Assembly: GCA_020184695.1 (NCBI GenBank)
Contig: JAANOX010000231.1
Location: forward strand, 62,001 to 126,000
Direction of reading: 5' to 3'
DNA: 64,000 nt
From: Histomonas meleagridis 2922-C6/04-290x
Lineage: Eukaryota; Protista; Parabasalia
In this document: one piece after another, positions 10,606 through 21,881 of the stretch
How positions within the stretch are numbered: the first letter of the stretch is position 1
Layout of the letters: every line of letters begins with the position of its first letter
Position numbers and translations under genes: made by a program
Notes under the pieces: model-generated
Seen by the model: the letters and a program-made list of their open reading frames with translations, nothing else
What the model was told of the DNA's origin: nothing
The model's database searches: none

Positions 10606-10651
10606 TTGGCCGAATTATAACGGTTTATAATTGGCCGAAAAAGAAAGTGAC
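10606..10651 (+). promoter_or_regulatory. Structured promoter: TTGGCCGAA direct repeats around an AATTATAA-cggt-TTATAATT dyad, plus AAAGTGAC
   Basis: Repeats at 10606-10614 and 10631-10639, dyad at 10613-10632 carrying M3-like AACGGTTT, M2-like AAAGTGAC at 10644-10651; upstream of PSMA3. Confidence 0.55.
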
Positions 10652-10679
10652 AAATTTGCTGTTTTTCACTTAGATCAAA

Positions 10680-11381
10680 ATGTCTGGTGCTGGAAGTGGA
10701 TATGATTTTAACTCATTTACATTTTCTCCTGATGGTCGTCTTTTTCAAGTAGAATATGCAACAAAAGCAGTTGACAAAGAAACTCTTGCTATTGGTGTTA
10801 GGTGTTCTGATGGTGTACTTTTCGCAGTCGAAAAGAATCTTGCATCCCCTTTATTAGCTCAACGAGCTAACCCAAGGATTTTCTGGGTAGATACCAAAAT
10901 TGCTTGTGCAACTGTTGGATATAGACCAGATTGTTATGCTGCCATTTTACAAGCACGAAAGGAAGCTGCTACATATTTCGACAATTTTGGCTGTCAAATA
11001 ACAGTACCAGAACTTGTTTCTAGAGTTGCATCAACATTTCATCAATCACATGCTTTTGCATCAATTCGACCTTTCGGTTGCGCATTGTTGTTTGGTTCGT
11101 TAGAAGGTCCATCGTTATATGCACTCGAACCAAATGGCCAATACTTTGGATATTATGCTGCATGTTTCGGAAAAGGAAGTAGTCTTGCACGCGCTGAGCT
11201 TCAGAGGACTGAATGGGCAGCTGTAACTGTGGAAGAAGCCGTACCAATTGTTGCTGGCATCATCAAAGGACTCCATGAATCGCAAAACAAGAAATGGGAA
11301 ATAGAAATGATGTGGGTCTGCGAGAAATCAGGTGGAAAACCAGAAAAAGTTCCAGATACAATTTTTGTTCCAGAGCAATAA
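10680..11381 (+). CDS. PSMA3: 20S proteasome subunit alpha type-3 (alpha7)
   Basis: GSGYDFNSFTFSPDGRLFQVEYATKAV, RPFGCALLF, FGYYAACFGKG and KKWEIEMMWV. Confidence 0.95.
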   Translation: MSGAGSGYDFNSFTFSPDGRLFQVEYATKAVDKETLAIGVRCSDGVLFAVEKNLASPLLAQRANPRIFWVDTKIACATVGYRPDCYAAILQARKEAATYFDNFGCQITVPELVSRVASTFHQSHAFASIRPFGCALLFGSLEGPSLYALEPNGQYFGYYAACFGKGSSLARAELQRTEWAAVTVEEAVPIVAGIIKGLHESQNKKWEIEMMWVCEKSGGKPEKVPDTIFVPEQ

Positions 11382-12912
11382 ATAAAAGGGAATTATTTGC
11401 AACCATATGTATCGTATCCACTTTTTGAATTCAATTCTATTAAATCCGATCAAAATTGTATTTCAATTTTTTGCTTCCTAAACTTCTTATAAAAAAATTT
11501 ATTTGATCTGTACAGATAAAGAAATTTTTCGCAATTACTTTCAGAAGCACTTCCTAAAACAGTTGTAAATGTTGAAACTTATTAGAATAATAATTTATAA
11601 AACCATATTTTAAATTATGTTTTAAATTTAAATTGCTGTTTCAAAAGAAAACCATTTTTTATTCACAAAGGATTATAATGGTTAGCTTTTTTTCAAGCTA
11701 TCATTTTGAAGATTTTCATCTAATTAATTTAACCTTTTAAAAAAAAAACAAATAGAATTTCAATTTAGTAGATCAACAACAAAAGGAAATTGATTTGATT
11801 CATCAGAAACTCCTGAGTTCAGGAGCTGTAACATTTATAATTAAAGAATTCTAAGTAAGGAGTAAAGTTAATAATATATGCTGTTGATGTTGATACAGTA
11901 CAATGAATCAAAATATTGTATTAATTATATATTCCTATCCACGCAAAAGAACACTTTGAGCATTTATATTCTTTTATAGTGAAAAAGAGAAATTAGAAAA
12001 TATTTTACACAATTATACACATAAATTCATTGAATTTCGAGTGAAAAATAATTTTTTTAACACCAAATCTTTTCAGTCTTCAACTGAGCTTTCATTATAT
12101 TATTTAAAAGTGCTTTTAAAAGCATTTTGTTCTTGTGGTTTGCTTGTACCCCTTAAATATTGATTGAAAGTCTCGATAGTTAAATTGAAAAAATTTAAGA
12201 AAACAATAGGCCTTTTATTTTATAACCGTGTGAATTTTAACTTTTGTATTGGCCGATGTGTATTTGGTAGTGCTTCAAATTATTTCATCTTGAAAAATGA
12301 AAATCCTTCAATTCCTACTCATTTTGCAGGTCTCAAAGCAACTTAGAACTCATTTGACGCTAAAATGCCCATTTTTCAAACATATAAAAAATTTACATAT
12401 ACCAAAAAGCAGGAACAAAGAAGAACTTTCTCATGCTCACAACGTGGATGTTCCAATCTTTGAAACCATTACAAAAAAAAAAAATGATTTTTTGCAATAT
12501 TTCTACAGAGTTTGCCAAATGTCATTTAGATGCAAAACTCATCTTAAACATTATATGTGCGATGCCAATTAGTCATGTTTTAGTTCCCCAGCAAAAACTT
12601 TTAAAATCAGATTTTACAATTTCTCATAAACAATCAAATGAAATCATTACATTTGATCAAGCTATCCTTCCTCTACAAACACTGGATCAATATTATGATT
12701 ATATATCTTTTATTACATTGGAAATTTTTCTTCTTTGGTGCACAACGGCAACAATTTTGAATATTCAATTGTTTACTTCACATTAATACAATTTTTTCAA
12801 TACTGTTGATAGCGGTTTATATTAAATTTCTTCAGAAAAATTCAATTCATCACAAAAAAGTTTTTCAAAAAGATGATGAATTGAAAATGTTTTTGTTTTT
12901 GTTCTTTTTTTC

Positions 12913-13984
12913 ATGAACTCTTATCAAATAAAATTCATTGAGAGAAATTCAACGCTTTTAATTGAAAATCCGAATGATTTTAATGATATGAAAATGTATA
13001 CAAATATAACCGAAAATATTATCATTGGTGAAAACATTACTATAATTCCAAGTCGCACATTTATTGAATGGACATTTGTTGTTTGTGTCAATTTTAGTAA
13101 TTCAGTAGAAAGCATTTAATTATCAGCATTTTCAAATTGTTATAATTTGACAATTTTGACACTTGGCACAGGATTATCAGTGATTGCAAGTGGTGCATTT
13201 TCGCAATGTTATAATTTTCAATGTATTTATTATTACGGTATTACACAACCAGAGTTTGGAGAAAGTGCATTTCATTTAGTTGATGCAACAGTTCTTACAT
13301 ATTCAACATATGAAAATGCAAAATTTGTTCCATTTACAGTGAATGATTATGAAGGAGGAGTTTGCATACCATTGTTTACACATTCATTTTCAAGTTCAAG
13401 TACATTCACTAAGACAAACACGTTCAGTAAATCGAATACATATACGCAATCAAGTGCATTCACTAGGTCGGATACATTTATGAAATCATTTCAAAGTTAT
13501 TTATCTTTATCATTTTCTTATATAATAACCATATCAGTATCTATTACCCATTCATTAACGATTTATGAAACGCAAATAAAATCATTTTCATTATTTTTAA
13601 GTAATTCAATGTTTTCATATATCGAAACTAAATTTATTTATTATGATTACACAATTGTTATTTATACGACATATTATAATTATTATTCAAATTTCTATAC
13701 ATATATTAATAAATGATTTCCAAAGTAACGATAATAATATAACAACAATTATTATCATTGTTTGTGTTGTTATTATAATTATAATTATTATAACAATTCT
13801 TGTCGTATTATTGATTCGAATTCGAAACAAAAAATCAGAAAATATTAAAAACGAAAGTTCGGAAGAAAATGAAAACAAAAAAGAAGCCACAAATACATTT
13901 GCAACAGGAATTTCTATGTCAACAATTGAAGAAGATCCTTTCGCTGATGATTTCAAAGAAGATAAATTTATTGTGCAAATGTAA
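12913..13984 (+). pseudogene. Disrupted BspA-like surface protein (LRR_5 remnant, SxTFT stalk, TM, acidic tail)
   Basis: Three collinear pieces: in-frame TAA at 13117-13119 (ESI*LSAFSNCYNL) and a frameshift near 13700 before the TM helix. Tail is EEDPFADDFKED. Confidence 0.8.
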
Positions 13985-14709
13985 TTTTGTTGAAATATTA
14001 AATAAGCAATAAAAGAAATATATTCGATATTAAAACCATTTTCTTTTTTTAGATTAAACATTGAATTTCTTTTAGATATGTATATCATTAATTTTAATAA
14101 CAAGAAATGAATTTTTATAGAACATTGAAAGAATAACAAATATACGCAATGATAGACCAAATTTTATAAATATAGTTTAATTTGTATAAATATTAAAATG
14201 AAAAAGCATGAACTGAAAAAAATCATAACTGGTTTAACCTCATATGTCAATGATATCAATTTTCTTCAAATTCGTTATAACTTGTGATAGTCCAACTTTT
14301 AACCTCGAAAAAATTCCTCGAAAATTCCCATTTCTAAAACGCCAACATAATTAAGACATGGCTTGATAACATATATCTTAAATATGCACACACCTATTAT
14401 CATGCACTTCTTCAAACGAAATTAAATAATAAAAACTATATTAACATTTATATAAATTGTCACATACACTCATTTTTATAATTTGCTTTGATTCATAGTT
14501 ACAATGGTAACTAGGAAAAAATACGTCCGTCATTATAATGGGAAAACATTTCAAATGTTTCAAATTTGTTCCAAAAGCCATGAAGTCGATTTTCTTTGCC
14601 ATTTTCGAAAAAGGTTTGAGCGACCACTATCTGAAAAACGAAGACACAAACGGAGTTTTTTCAATGGTTTTACACTTTTTTGTCATTTGTCAAGCGAAAT
14701 ATCTTTCAA

Positions 14710-14842
14710 AAATGCCATTTATGGCAAAAATTTCATAAATGCCACCTATGGCAAAAATTTCATAAATGCCACCTGTGGCAAAAATTTCATAAATGCCACC
14801 TATGGCAAAAATTTCATAAATGCCACCTATGGCAAAAATTTC
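14710..14842. repeat. 27-bp minisatellite, about 4.9 copies, each with a TGCCA-N4-TGGCA inverted repeat
   Basis: Unit AAATGCCACCTATGGCAAAAATTTCAT. First copy has CATTT, third has TGT; no spacers. Confidence 0.95.
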
Positions 14843-14883
14843 TAATCTATCCATCCATTCAAACAATATGTCACAATTTTTTT

Positions 14884-17800
14884 ATGGTTCTTTCATTTTT
14901 TCTTTTATTTTCTTTTTCTTTATGTGAGCCCCTGAACTATATACCATCTCAATTTAAAGACCTTGCAAGAATGGCCAGGAAAAACAAAGTAATGCAAATT
15001 CTTTCCTCTCGAACTTATGAAGATGCTATTACACCTGAGAGACCATATATTTCTGATACTTTTAATGGTTCTGTACGTCATCCTGTATTTGGTGTCACTG
15101 TAAAAGAACTTAAAGGTTCTGCAATGAGTGATGATGAAAAACATGTTGCATTAATTACAGACAGATCAACATCTATTGGCCAAAGAATACTTACAGAAAA
15201 TGCAACATTTGTATCAGATACTAAAAATGGATTCTTTTCTCTTTCACAAAGAGTAGCAGATGATGGCGAAGTAACTATTTTTTCTGTATCAAAAATAGAA
15301 TTTATGGCTGTTTTTGATCTATTTGAAATGAGGTTACCGTCTTCTAGCAATGAAAATATTAAATGCGAAAGTTATGGGAAACCATTTGGCAGAAGATGTT
15401 ATAAAACAGAATCATTTAATTGGGATAACAATGCAGATATGCCGTCAGAAATAGAAATACCTGTTAAAGAAATACAAAATAAGATAAAATTATTTGGTGG
15501 TATCTCTGCAAATGCAGAAGCATCATTTCTTCTAAGGAAAACTGGAGCATTTAATGCTCAGCTTGAACTTGATGCATCACTTGCTGTTTCACTAGGTGTT
15601 GGATTTTATGTGGAAAAAATAGACTATCATTCTACTGATCCGATTGATATTGGCGATAAATTGAACCAAAAAATAGGAGAAATTACAATTACAATTTTTG
15701 AAGTTCCAATAAATGTTAATGTTTTACTAGTTGGAGGAGTTCAACTTGAAAATCTTGGGATTAATGTTCCTAATGATATCACATATATCAAAAAATATAA
15801 ACTTATGCTGAAAAAAGGATGCACTTTATCCTTGAATGGTTTTAATTCACCAGATATGACAAAAGAATTTACAGATGATTTTGTGGATCAAAACAATAAT
15901 ATATTAGATGAAAAGCCAGATGTAAACATGAAGATTGAAGGGAATTTTAGCTTTTCTATTGGCATTAGAGTGGAAGTTAACTTTGATAAAGTTGTTAAAA
16001 GTAATATATATATTGAGGGAGGTGCCAAAGCAGGAGTCGAATTTAAATATGGTATAAATACTACAAAATGTCCATCACCAGCTTTTTATGGTACAGTTAG
16101 ACCTAGTGTCAGTTCTTATATTAAAGGTGGTGGATCTCTTTCAGTATTTGGAATTACAGTATTAAATGGTGAATTGAATCATCTCTCAACTATTTGGGAA
16201 AAGCAAATAGGAGATGAAGATGGCAGTTGTTTATTTGATTCATTATCATCTAATGAATTGGAAGATGATTTAATATCTAAGAATGAAAGGAAAAGATATG
16301 TGGTTAAAGTATCAAATCCAGTGTTTAAGAAAGATGAAAATCAAGATTATCAAATTCAAATTATTGCTAAAAATAAAGGCACACAAAAATCACAAATAAA
16401 ATATTATAAATTTAGTAAGAATCTTAAAGGATATTATACAGACTGTTATTTTTATATGAATGAGACCAATACATATGACGAATTTACAATAAAATCGTTT
16501 GATTTAAATAAGGAAGTTGTTATAACAAACGTAGATATTATGAATACTTATAAATATAGTGATGATAATATCGAATTTGACCTTATTTTAAATGAAACAA
16601 CGCCTATATCTAAGATTGGTACAGAGTTTCCAATTTCTAATATAAATGGATATTATAATTATAAAACAGATGGTCTACAAGGAAAATATAAAACAATGGC
16701 TTTAATCATTCATTCTAATGTAACAGGATATACTTCTTCATATAATAATTATTATATGATGGATGAATATTATGATGATGAACAAGATAATGTATACAAT
16801 ATTAAGACATGGATGAAAGTAACAGTAACAGAAGTAACAACTGAAGATGAAAAAAAATGTAATTCTAAGTATCGTTTAACACAAATATATAAAGATCAAA
16901 TATATCGTATGGTTGAAACAAGTGGTTGTATATCAGGAACAAACAAAATTAGTTTTATTGATGTAGCATATGAAGTTCCAATAATAAATCCTGGAAATGG
17001 AGATGAAGTTTCTCTTAAACTTAATTTTGAAGTTGATGGTGCTACAAAAGAAATAGGTATAACAAATTCAGATCTTCAAAAATCAACATTAACAAAACAA
17101 ATTGATGAAACATATAGTATATCATTCAAAATAGAATCATTCCAAAATATTGAATATTTAACTGAATTAAGTGATTCATATAAAAATACCCTTAAAGAGT
17201 ATGAAAAATTGTCTGGAATCTTTTGTAAATTATATGAGCCATTACAAAGTACATATTCCTATCAAAGAAGCCCATATAATGGAAATGAAATTACGTTACA
17301 AATTTCATTTGATATCAATGAAGTATATGGCGTATTAAGATTTTTATTTAATGGTGATGGTTATGACTTTACACATTTATATATATTAGTTAAGTTACCA
17401 GGCATTCAACCATTAATAAAAGAAGATAAAGTACTACAAGATAACATCTATTTAATTAAACTTCAATTGGGAATTTCTTTATATAAGACAAAGATTGATG
17501 ACCCAAATGATAAGCAATATGATATTGTCATTCCATTTAGAAAAAGATCTAAGCCAAAAGCAAAAGAAACAACAGAAATTATTTTTTATTCAATTTTCCA
17601 AAGTCCTGTTAATAATGAGAATAAACCTGATTGTTCAGAATTCCCATTATTTAAAGTTCCACAAATGAAGCAAGTTTATTTCGGTTGCATTAAATCTTAT
17701 GCAAACAAAGCTGAATTTGAAAATAATAAAATGCAATATTTCACAACTGCTGACGTTTCTTTTTACCAGAATGTAATGCCAAAAGATTCTAAAGATGATT

Positions 17801-18777
17801 CACATAGTAATTTAATTAGAATGAATCCAACAACAGATTCATCAAGCACAAATTTAAATGTAATTTTGAAACAAGAATATATTGACTTAAATAAAGAAAT
17901 GACACAATTAACAATTGATAATTCCACAATTGAAAACATCAACAGTTATTTTGATGCACAGAAATCATTTAAGATCAAATGTGAAAGATGTGACTCAATA
18001 TATATTGATGACATATCAGAGGATACAAGAATTCAAAAATCAAATGATGAGTTCATAATCTATACCAAAAGTTATACAAAAGGATTTACAGTTTTACCAT
18101 ACTGTAATGAAAATACATCAATTAATTGCATTTTTGCATTAAATGTTGAAAATTTTGGAACATTTTTGTTAAGATATGATAAATCTGTAGATGACAAAAA
18201 AGCTGATATTGGAGTTAATGAATACTTTAATTGGAATAATGAAGAAGTTAAATCAAATAGATTATCAATCGGATGTAAATATCAAATAATAGACGGTAGA
18301 AAAGGAACCATTTATGGCATAAAGAATTGGGAAGGTCCTGTGATAGCAGCTATAACAAATATTGATACAAATCATATTAGCATACAGTTCACAACAGCAT
18401 CTGAAAATGGAAATACGACAATTACACTGAAAAGTGGGGAAAATATTATACCATTTTCTCATTATGTGTATTCAAGTGCAAATGATGAAGAATTAAAAAC
18501 ATATTTGGAGGAAATTGGAATTACATTATCAAAAACTAAAGAAGAAATTTCAAAATCTAATGATTTCATTATTGATGAAGAAGGAAAAATCATTGTAAAG
18601 GATACTTACTATAAAGGTGAAAATGCAAAGAAAAACATTGAGGATAAAAAACAAATTCACCTGTTGGATCTTAAGCAGGACTATTACACAATGACTTATA
18701 ATGGAGCAATGAAAATTGGCGGCATTCCTATTTTGGGATGGATTCTCATAGGAATTAGTATTTTTATGGTGATTTAA
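14884..18777 (+). CDS. Large secreted/surface beta-rich protein with C-terminal hydrophobic anchor (unknown family)
   Basis: Signal peptide MVLSFFLLFSFSLCEP at 14884 opens about 1297 codons. It ends in the hydrophobic GWILIGISIFMVI immediately before the stop, so the tail may be truncated. Confidence 0.75.
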   Translation: MVLSFFLLFSFSLCEPLNYIPSQFKDLARMARKNKVMQILSSRTYEDAITPERPYISDTFNGSVRHPVFGVTVKELKGSAMSDDEKHVALITDRSTSIGQRILTENATFVSDTKNGFFSLSQRVADDGEVTIFSVSKIEFMAVFDLFEMRLPSSSNENIKCESYGKPFGRRCYKTESFNWDNNADMPSEIEIPVKEIQNKIKLFGGISANAEASFLLRKTGAFNAQLELDASLAVSLGVGFYVEKIDYHSTDPIDIGDKLNQKIGEITITIFEVPINVNVLLVGGVQLENLGINVPNDITYIKKYKLMLKKGCTLSLNGFNSPDMTKEFTDDFVDQNNNILDEKPDVNMKIEGNFSFSIGIRVEVNFDKVVKSNIYIEGGAKAGVEFKYGINTTKCPSPAFYGTVRPSVSSYIKGGGSLSVFGITVLNGELNHLSTIWEKQIGDEDGSCLFDSLSSNELEDDLISKNERKRYVVKVSNPVFKKDENQDYQIQIIAKNKGTQKSQIKYYKFSKNLKGYYTDCYFYMNETNTYDEFTIKSFDLNKEVVITNVDIMNTYKYSDDNIEFDLILNETTPISKIGTEFPISNINGYYNYKTDGLQGKYKTMALIIHSNVTGYTSSYNNYYMMDEYYDDEQDNVYNIKTWMKVTVTEVTTEDEKKCNSKYRLTQIYKDQIYRMVETSGCISGTNKISFIDVAYEVPIINPGNGDEVSLKLNFEVDGATKEIGITNSDLQKSTLTKQIDETYSISFKIESFQNIEYLTELSDSYKNTLKEYEKLSGIFCKLYEPLQSTYSYQRSPYNGNEITLQISFDINEVYGVLRFLFNGDGYDFTHLYILVKLPGIQPLIKEDKVLQDNIYLIKLQLGISLYKTKIDDPNDKQYDIVIPFRKRSKPKAKETTEIIFYSIFQSPVNNENKPDCSEFPLFKVPQMKQVYFGCIKSYANKAEFENNKMQYFTTADVSFYQNVMPKDSKDDSHSNLIRMNPTTDSSSTNLNVILKQEYIDLNKEMTQLTIDNSTIENINSYFDAQKSFKIKCERCDSIYIDDISEDTRIQKSNDEFIIYTKSYTKGFTVLPYCNENTSINCIFALNVENFGTFLLRYDKSVDDKKADIGVNEYFNWNNEEVKSNRLSIGCKYQIIDGRKGTIYGIKNWEGPVIAAITNIDTNHISIQFTTASENGNTTITLKSGENIIPFSHYVYSSANDEELKTYLEEIGITLSKTKEEISKSNDFIIDEEGKIIVKDTYYKGENAKKNIEDKKQIHLLDLKQDYYTMTYNGAMKIGGIPILGWILIGISIFMVI

Positions 18778-19065
18778 TAAAAGTCATTCCATTTAAATTA
18801 TGATTTATGAAATAATGCATCAAAGAAATCCATTGAAATTAATACCTCCCACAGTATCCAAATCCAAATATACAAAAAGAAATTGAATAATTCGAAACTA
18901 TTGCTGTTAGATATGGTGTAATGCTTGAGAGCCTGCATGTTATGGTAATACTACATGAAATTTTTTAGATAAAGATAATCAAAATAATGGATTATTAAAT
19001 CTACTTATGTTGGAGTAATGAATAATCAACTACATTAAATAATGTCTTTTAGATAATAATAATAA

Positions 19066-19165
19066 TAGTGATATAAACATATTATAAATAATTTCATATT
19101 TGAGATAATAATAGTAAATAATCACATTTTATATTATTCAAACTATTTAAATATGATCTTTAAAT
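19066..19165 (+). repeat. 100-bp direct repeat, copy 1
   Basis: TAGTGATATAAACATATTATAAAT...ATATGATCTTTAAAT; differs from copy 2 at 2 positions. Confidence 0.95.
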
Positions 19166-19326
19166 ACAAAATTAAGGTAATTGTTTTGAATCATCCAAAA
19201 TTTAAAATTTTAGATTTTACTTTTGACATAAACTTTACAAAAATCATTAATAAATTTTTTTAAAAAAATAAGAAGAAGAATAAAAAAGAAAAAAAAAAAG
19301 TTTCATTTTTTTCTTGGTTTTGTTTA

Positions 19327-19578
19327 TTACTTCCGACCATAATAATTTAAGTTTTCTTGATTACGAATTTGACATGCAGCGAGATAATCACCTTGTGTAG
19401 CTTTTCCTTCTTTCATAAGATTGTAAACCCTATGTTCATTATTAACTGCTTTTTCATATCGAACTGATGGTGTATCAAATGAAGAAAACCCGGGTGATAA
19501 ACTAACTCCAGAAGGATTGAGGTTACAATGTAACATTTGATATATAGGATTTGTTAATAATGGAAGTGGAAAAGACAT
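19327..19578 (-). CDS. Small hypothetical protein (83 aa)
   Basis: Clean ATG-TAA ORF, GC-richer than its flanks, with Inr-like TCACTTCATT just upstream of the ATG. Confidence 0.6.
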   Translation of the reverse strand: MSFPLPLLTNPIYQMLHCNLNPSGVSLSPGFSSFDTPSVRYEKAVNNEHRVYNLMKEGKATQGDYLAACQIRNQENLNYYGRK

Positions 19579-19806
19579 TATAATAATGAAGTGAATTGAT
19601 GGAAAATTTTGGGGAATATCATGATAACTTTTTTAATATGCGTTTTTGAAATTTTTAATGTAAAATTTTGAATAATTTTTTCCTTATTTTTAATGCCATT
19701 AAAATGACAAAAATTGATTTTTATAATTTATTAAACTTAATTATTAATAAATTTAATAATAAAAATTATGAAAAAAGAAGAAAGAAAGTTTAAAAATTTA
19801 AAAATT

Positions 19807-19906
19807 TAGTGATATAAACATATTATAAATAATTTCATATTTGAGATAATAATAGTAAATAATCAAATTTTACATTATTCAAACTATTTAAATATGATCT
19901 TTAAAT
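19807..19906 (+). repeat. 100-bp direct repeat, copy 2
   Basis: 98/100 identical to 19066-19165. Confidence 0.95.
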
Positions 19907-19973
19907 GTATTTAATATATTATTTTTTATAAAAAAAAATTAAAATTACAAACAATATTTAACAATGTTTTGTT

Positions 19974-21278
19974 CTATTTGTTGCGTGGCACTTTCTTCTT
20001 TAATGATGCATTTGTATAATTGGTCCATGCTTGTATATCCTTTTTACCATTATTCTTTACATTACTTTTATTTTGTATTGTTTTTCCTTTTGTTTCTGTT
20101 TCATTTCTATTTTTCATTCCCGATATTTCTTGTGAAACGTGACCAATTTTCCTTATTACAGCATTTAATGCAGAAGAATGATTTTCTAATTCTTCTTTTG
20201 TTGGATCTTTTTCTTGAAATTCCAATGAAGTTAAAATGAACAAAGCAGATTCATTAAGTACCGAAATTAAATTCATTTCTTTCTTATTTCGTTCAATACT
20301 TTGAGCTTCGGCGGTTTTAACGTCTTCCTTCAATTGCTTTAACGTATTTTTTAATTCAAAATTTTCTTTTTTCGAATTTTCTAAAACATTTTTTAACTCA
20401 GAGATTCTTTTATTTGTTTTTTCTTTAATTTCTTTTATCTTTTGTTCATATAATTCATTTGACGCTTCATATTTCTTTTTCATTTCTTTAAGCTTGTTTT
20501 GTAAATCAACTGATTGATTTGTAAGATTTTTTTCGCTTTCTTGTAAAATGTGTTTTTGCTTTTCGAGCTCTTGTATTTGTTGACGAAGTTGATCATTTCG
20601 TTTGATAATTTCTGAAATTTGTGAATTTTCAGTTTTGAATTGTTCGCGTTTAAGTTCAATGTCTTTAAGTACTTTGTTTGTGGCCTGCTGAAGATTTAGC
20701 TCCTCGAACTTTGTGGAATACTCGTCAACTTCATTGGGAAAATTCTCAAGAACTTGTTCATAATATTCACGTTGGGCAATGAGTTTATTATGAATCAAAT
20801 TTAACTCATTTGTTCGATCTTTTCTTTCTTTGGAAATTTGATTGTTTGTGTTAGAAATGGCTTGTTCAAGTTGTTGCCTTTTGTCTTTAAAGTCTCGAAG
20901 ATCTTGGAGTTGTTGTAATGATGATTGAATTTTATTTTGTAGACTTGTTTCTTTTTCTCGTGCTTGGTGTTGAAGAGATTCAACCAGTTGATTATGTTTT
21001 TCATTTTGCATTTCAATTTCATTTTCTATGCGTCGAAGCTGATTTGATAACCGTTCTTTTTCTGCATGAATATTGTTGAGTGACATCGTCAAAAATTTTA
21101 TCCGTGCTTGTTGTATGTTGTTTCCATTATCTATAGATAATTTTGCTGAATCAAGACGCATTTTAAATTGTGTCATTAATTCTTTCGTAGCTAATTCCAC
21201 ATCTGCAGATGTAGAATTTTCATTTGTATTCGGTTCATCTTGTGCTTTGTTTTCATCAATTTTTTGCATTTTTTTCAA
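19974..21278 (-). CDS. Long coiled-coil protein (possibly cilia/basal-body CFAP157-like)
   Basis: 434 aa of continuous heptad-rich Q/E/K/L sequence, with LISVLNESALFILTSLE near the C-terminus. Family assignment is tentative. Confidence 0.7.
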   Translation of the reverse strand: MKKMQKIDENKAQDEPNTNENSTSADVELATKELMTQFKMRLDSAKLSIDNGNNIQQARIKFLTMSLNNIHAEKERLSNQLRRIENEIEMQNEKHNQLVESLQHQAREKETSLQNKIQSSLQQLQDLRDFKDKRQQLEQAISNTNNQISKERKDRTNELNLIHNKLIAQREYYEQVLENFPNEVDEYSTKFEELNLQQATNKVLKDIELKREQFKTENSQISEIIKRNDQLRQQIQELEKQKHILQESEKNLTNQSVDLQNKLKEMKKKYEASNELYEQKIKEIKEKTNKRISELKNVLENSKKENFELKNTLKQLKEDVKTAEAQSIERNKKEMNLISVLNESALFILTSLEFQEKDPTKEELENHSSALNAVIRKIGHVSQEISGMKNRNETETKGKTIQNKSNVKNNGKKDIQAWTNYTNASLKKKVPRNK

Positions 21279-21362
21279 CGATAAGAAAACGTTATTTCAC
21301 AAACGTACTCAATGTAATTGAATACTTTTCAAAATAACCGTTTTGTTCGACCTTTGTTTCCT

Positions 21363-21881
21363 ATGGCTACTAAGCAAAACAAGCTCAACGAAATTCGTGT
21401 TTCAAAGCTTTGCATCAACATCAACCCAGGTTCTGTTGGTGATCAAGTTACACGTGCTTCCCGCGTTATTGAACAATTAACAAAGCAAAAGGCTATGCTT
21501 GCCCGTTCACACCGTACAATTCCAAAGTTCGGTGTTCGTCGTAATGATAAGATCGCCGCTTATGTTACCGTCCGTGGACAAAATGCACTCAAGATCTTAA
21601 ATGATGCTCTTCAAGTTCACGATTTTGAAATCAGCTCACACTGCTTCTCAAGCACAGGTAACTTCGGATTCGGTATCAAGGAACATATCGATCTTGGTCT
21701 TAAATACGACCGTGATATTGGTATTCATGGTATGGATCTTTATGTTGTTCTTGAACGCCCAGGAGCACGTGTTGCCAAGAGAAAGCACTGCCGCTCAAGG
21801 ATTGGCCCAAAGCAAAGAGTTACAAAAGAAGAAGCTAAAGAATGGTATATCCAAAAATTCCAAGGAACACTCCTCAAGTAA
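21363..21881 (+). CDS. RPL11: 60S ribosomal protein L11 (uL5)
   Basis: KLCININPGSVGDQVTRASRVIEQLT, VTVRG, FSSTGNFGFGIKEHIDLGLKYD. ATG at 21363 follows AACCGTTT and CCTTT. Confidence 0.98.
   Translation: MATKQNKLNEIRVSKLCININPGSVGDQVTRASRVIEQLTKQKAMLARSHRTIPKFGVRRNDKIAAYVTVRGQNALKILNDALQVHDFEISSHCFSSTGNFGFGIKEHIDLGLKYDRDIGIHGMDLYVVLERPGARVAKRKHCRSRIGPKQRVTKEEAKEWYIQKFQGTLLK

Noticed and set aside
11760-12800. Short ORFs 12164-12786 and a 7-bp hairpin at 11810-11825
   Set aside because: No recognisable motifs; probably a decayed gene or chance in AT-rich DNA.
13117-13119. TAA reassigned to a sense codon (as in some diplomonads and oxymonads)
   Set aside because: Conserved genes (actin, RPS24, RPL11, RPS16, PSMA3) terminate at TAA in the expected places and have no internal TAA/TAG.
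14190-14700. Possible MULE or other transposase relic (IKTWLDNIYLKY)
   Set aside because: No catalytic motif or TIR pair could be identified, so it was left unannotated.
14710-14842. CRISPR-like array
   Set aside because: The units are contiguous with no unique spacers, there are no cas genes, and the context is eukaryotic.
14680-14883. N-terminal HKCHLWQKF-repeat extension of the 1365-aa ORF
   Set aside because: It is a translation of the 27-bp minisatellite; the signal peptide begins at ATG 14884.
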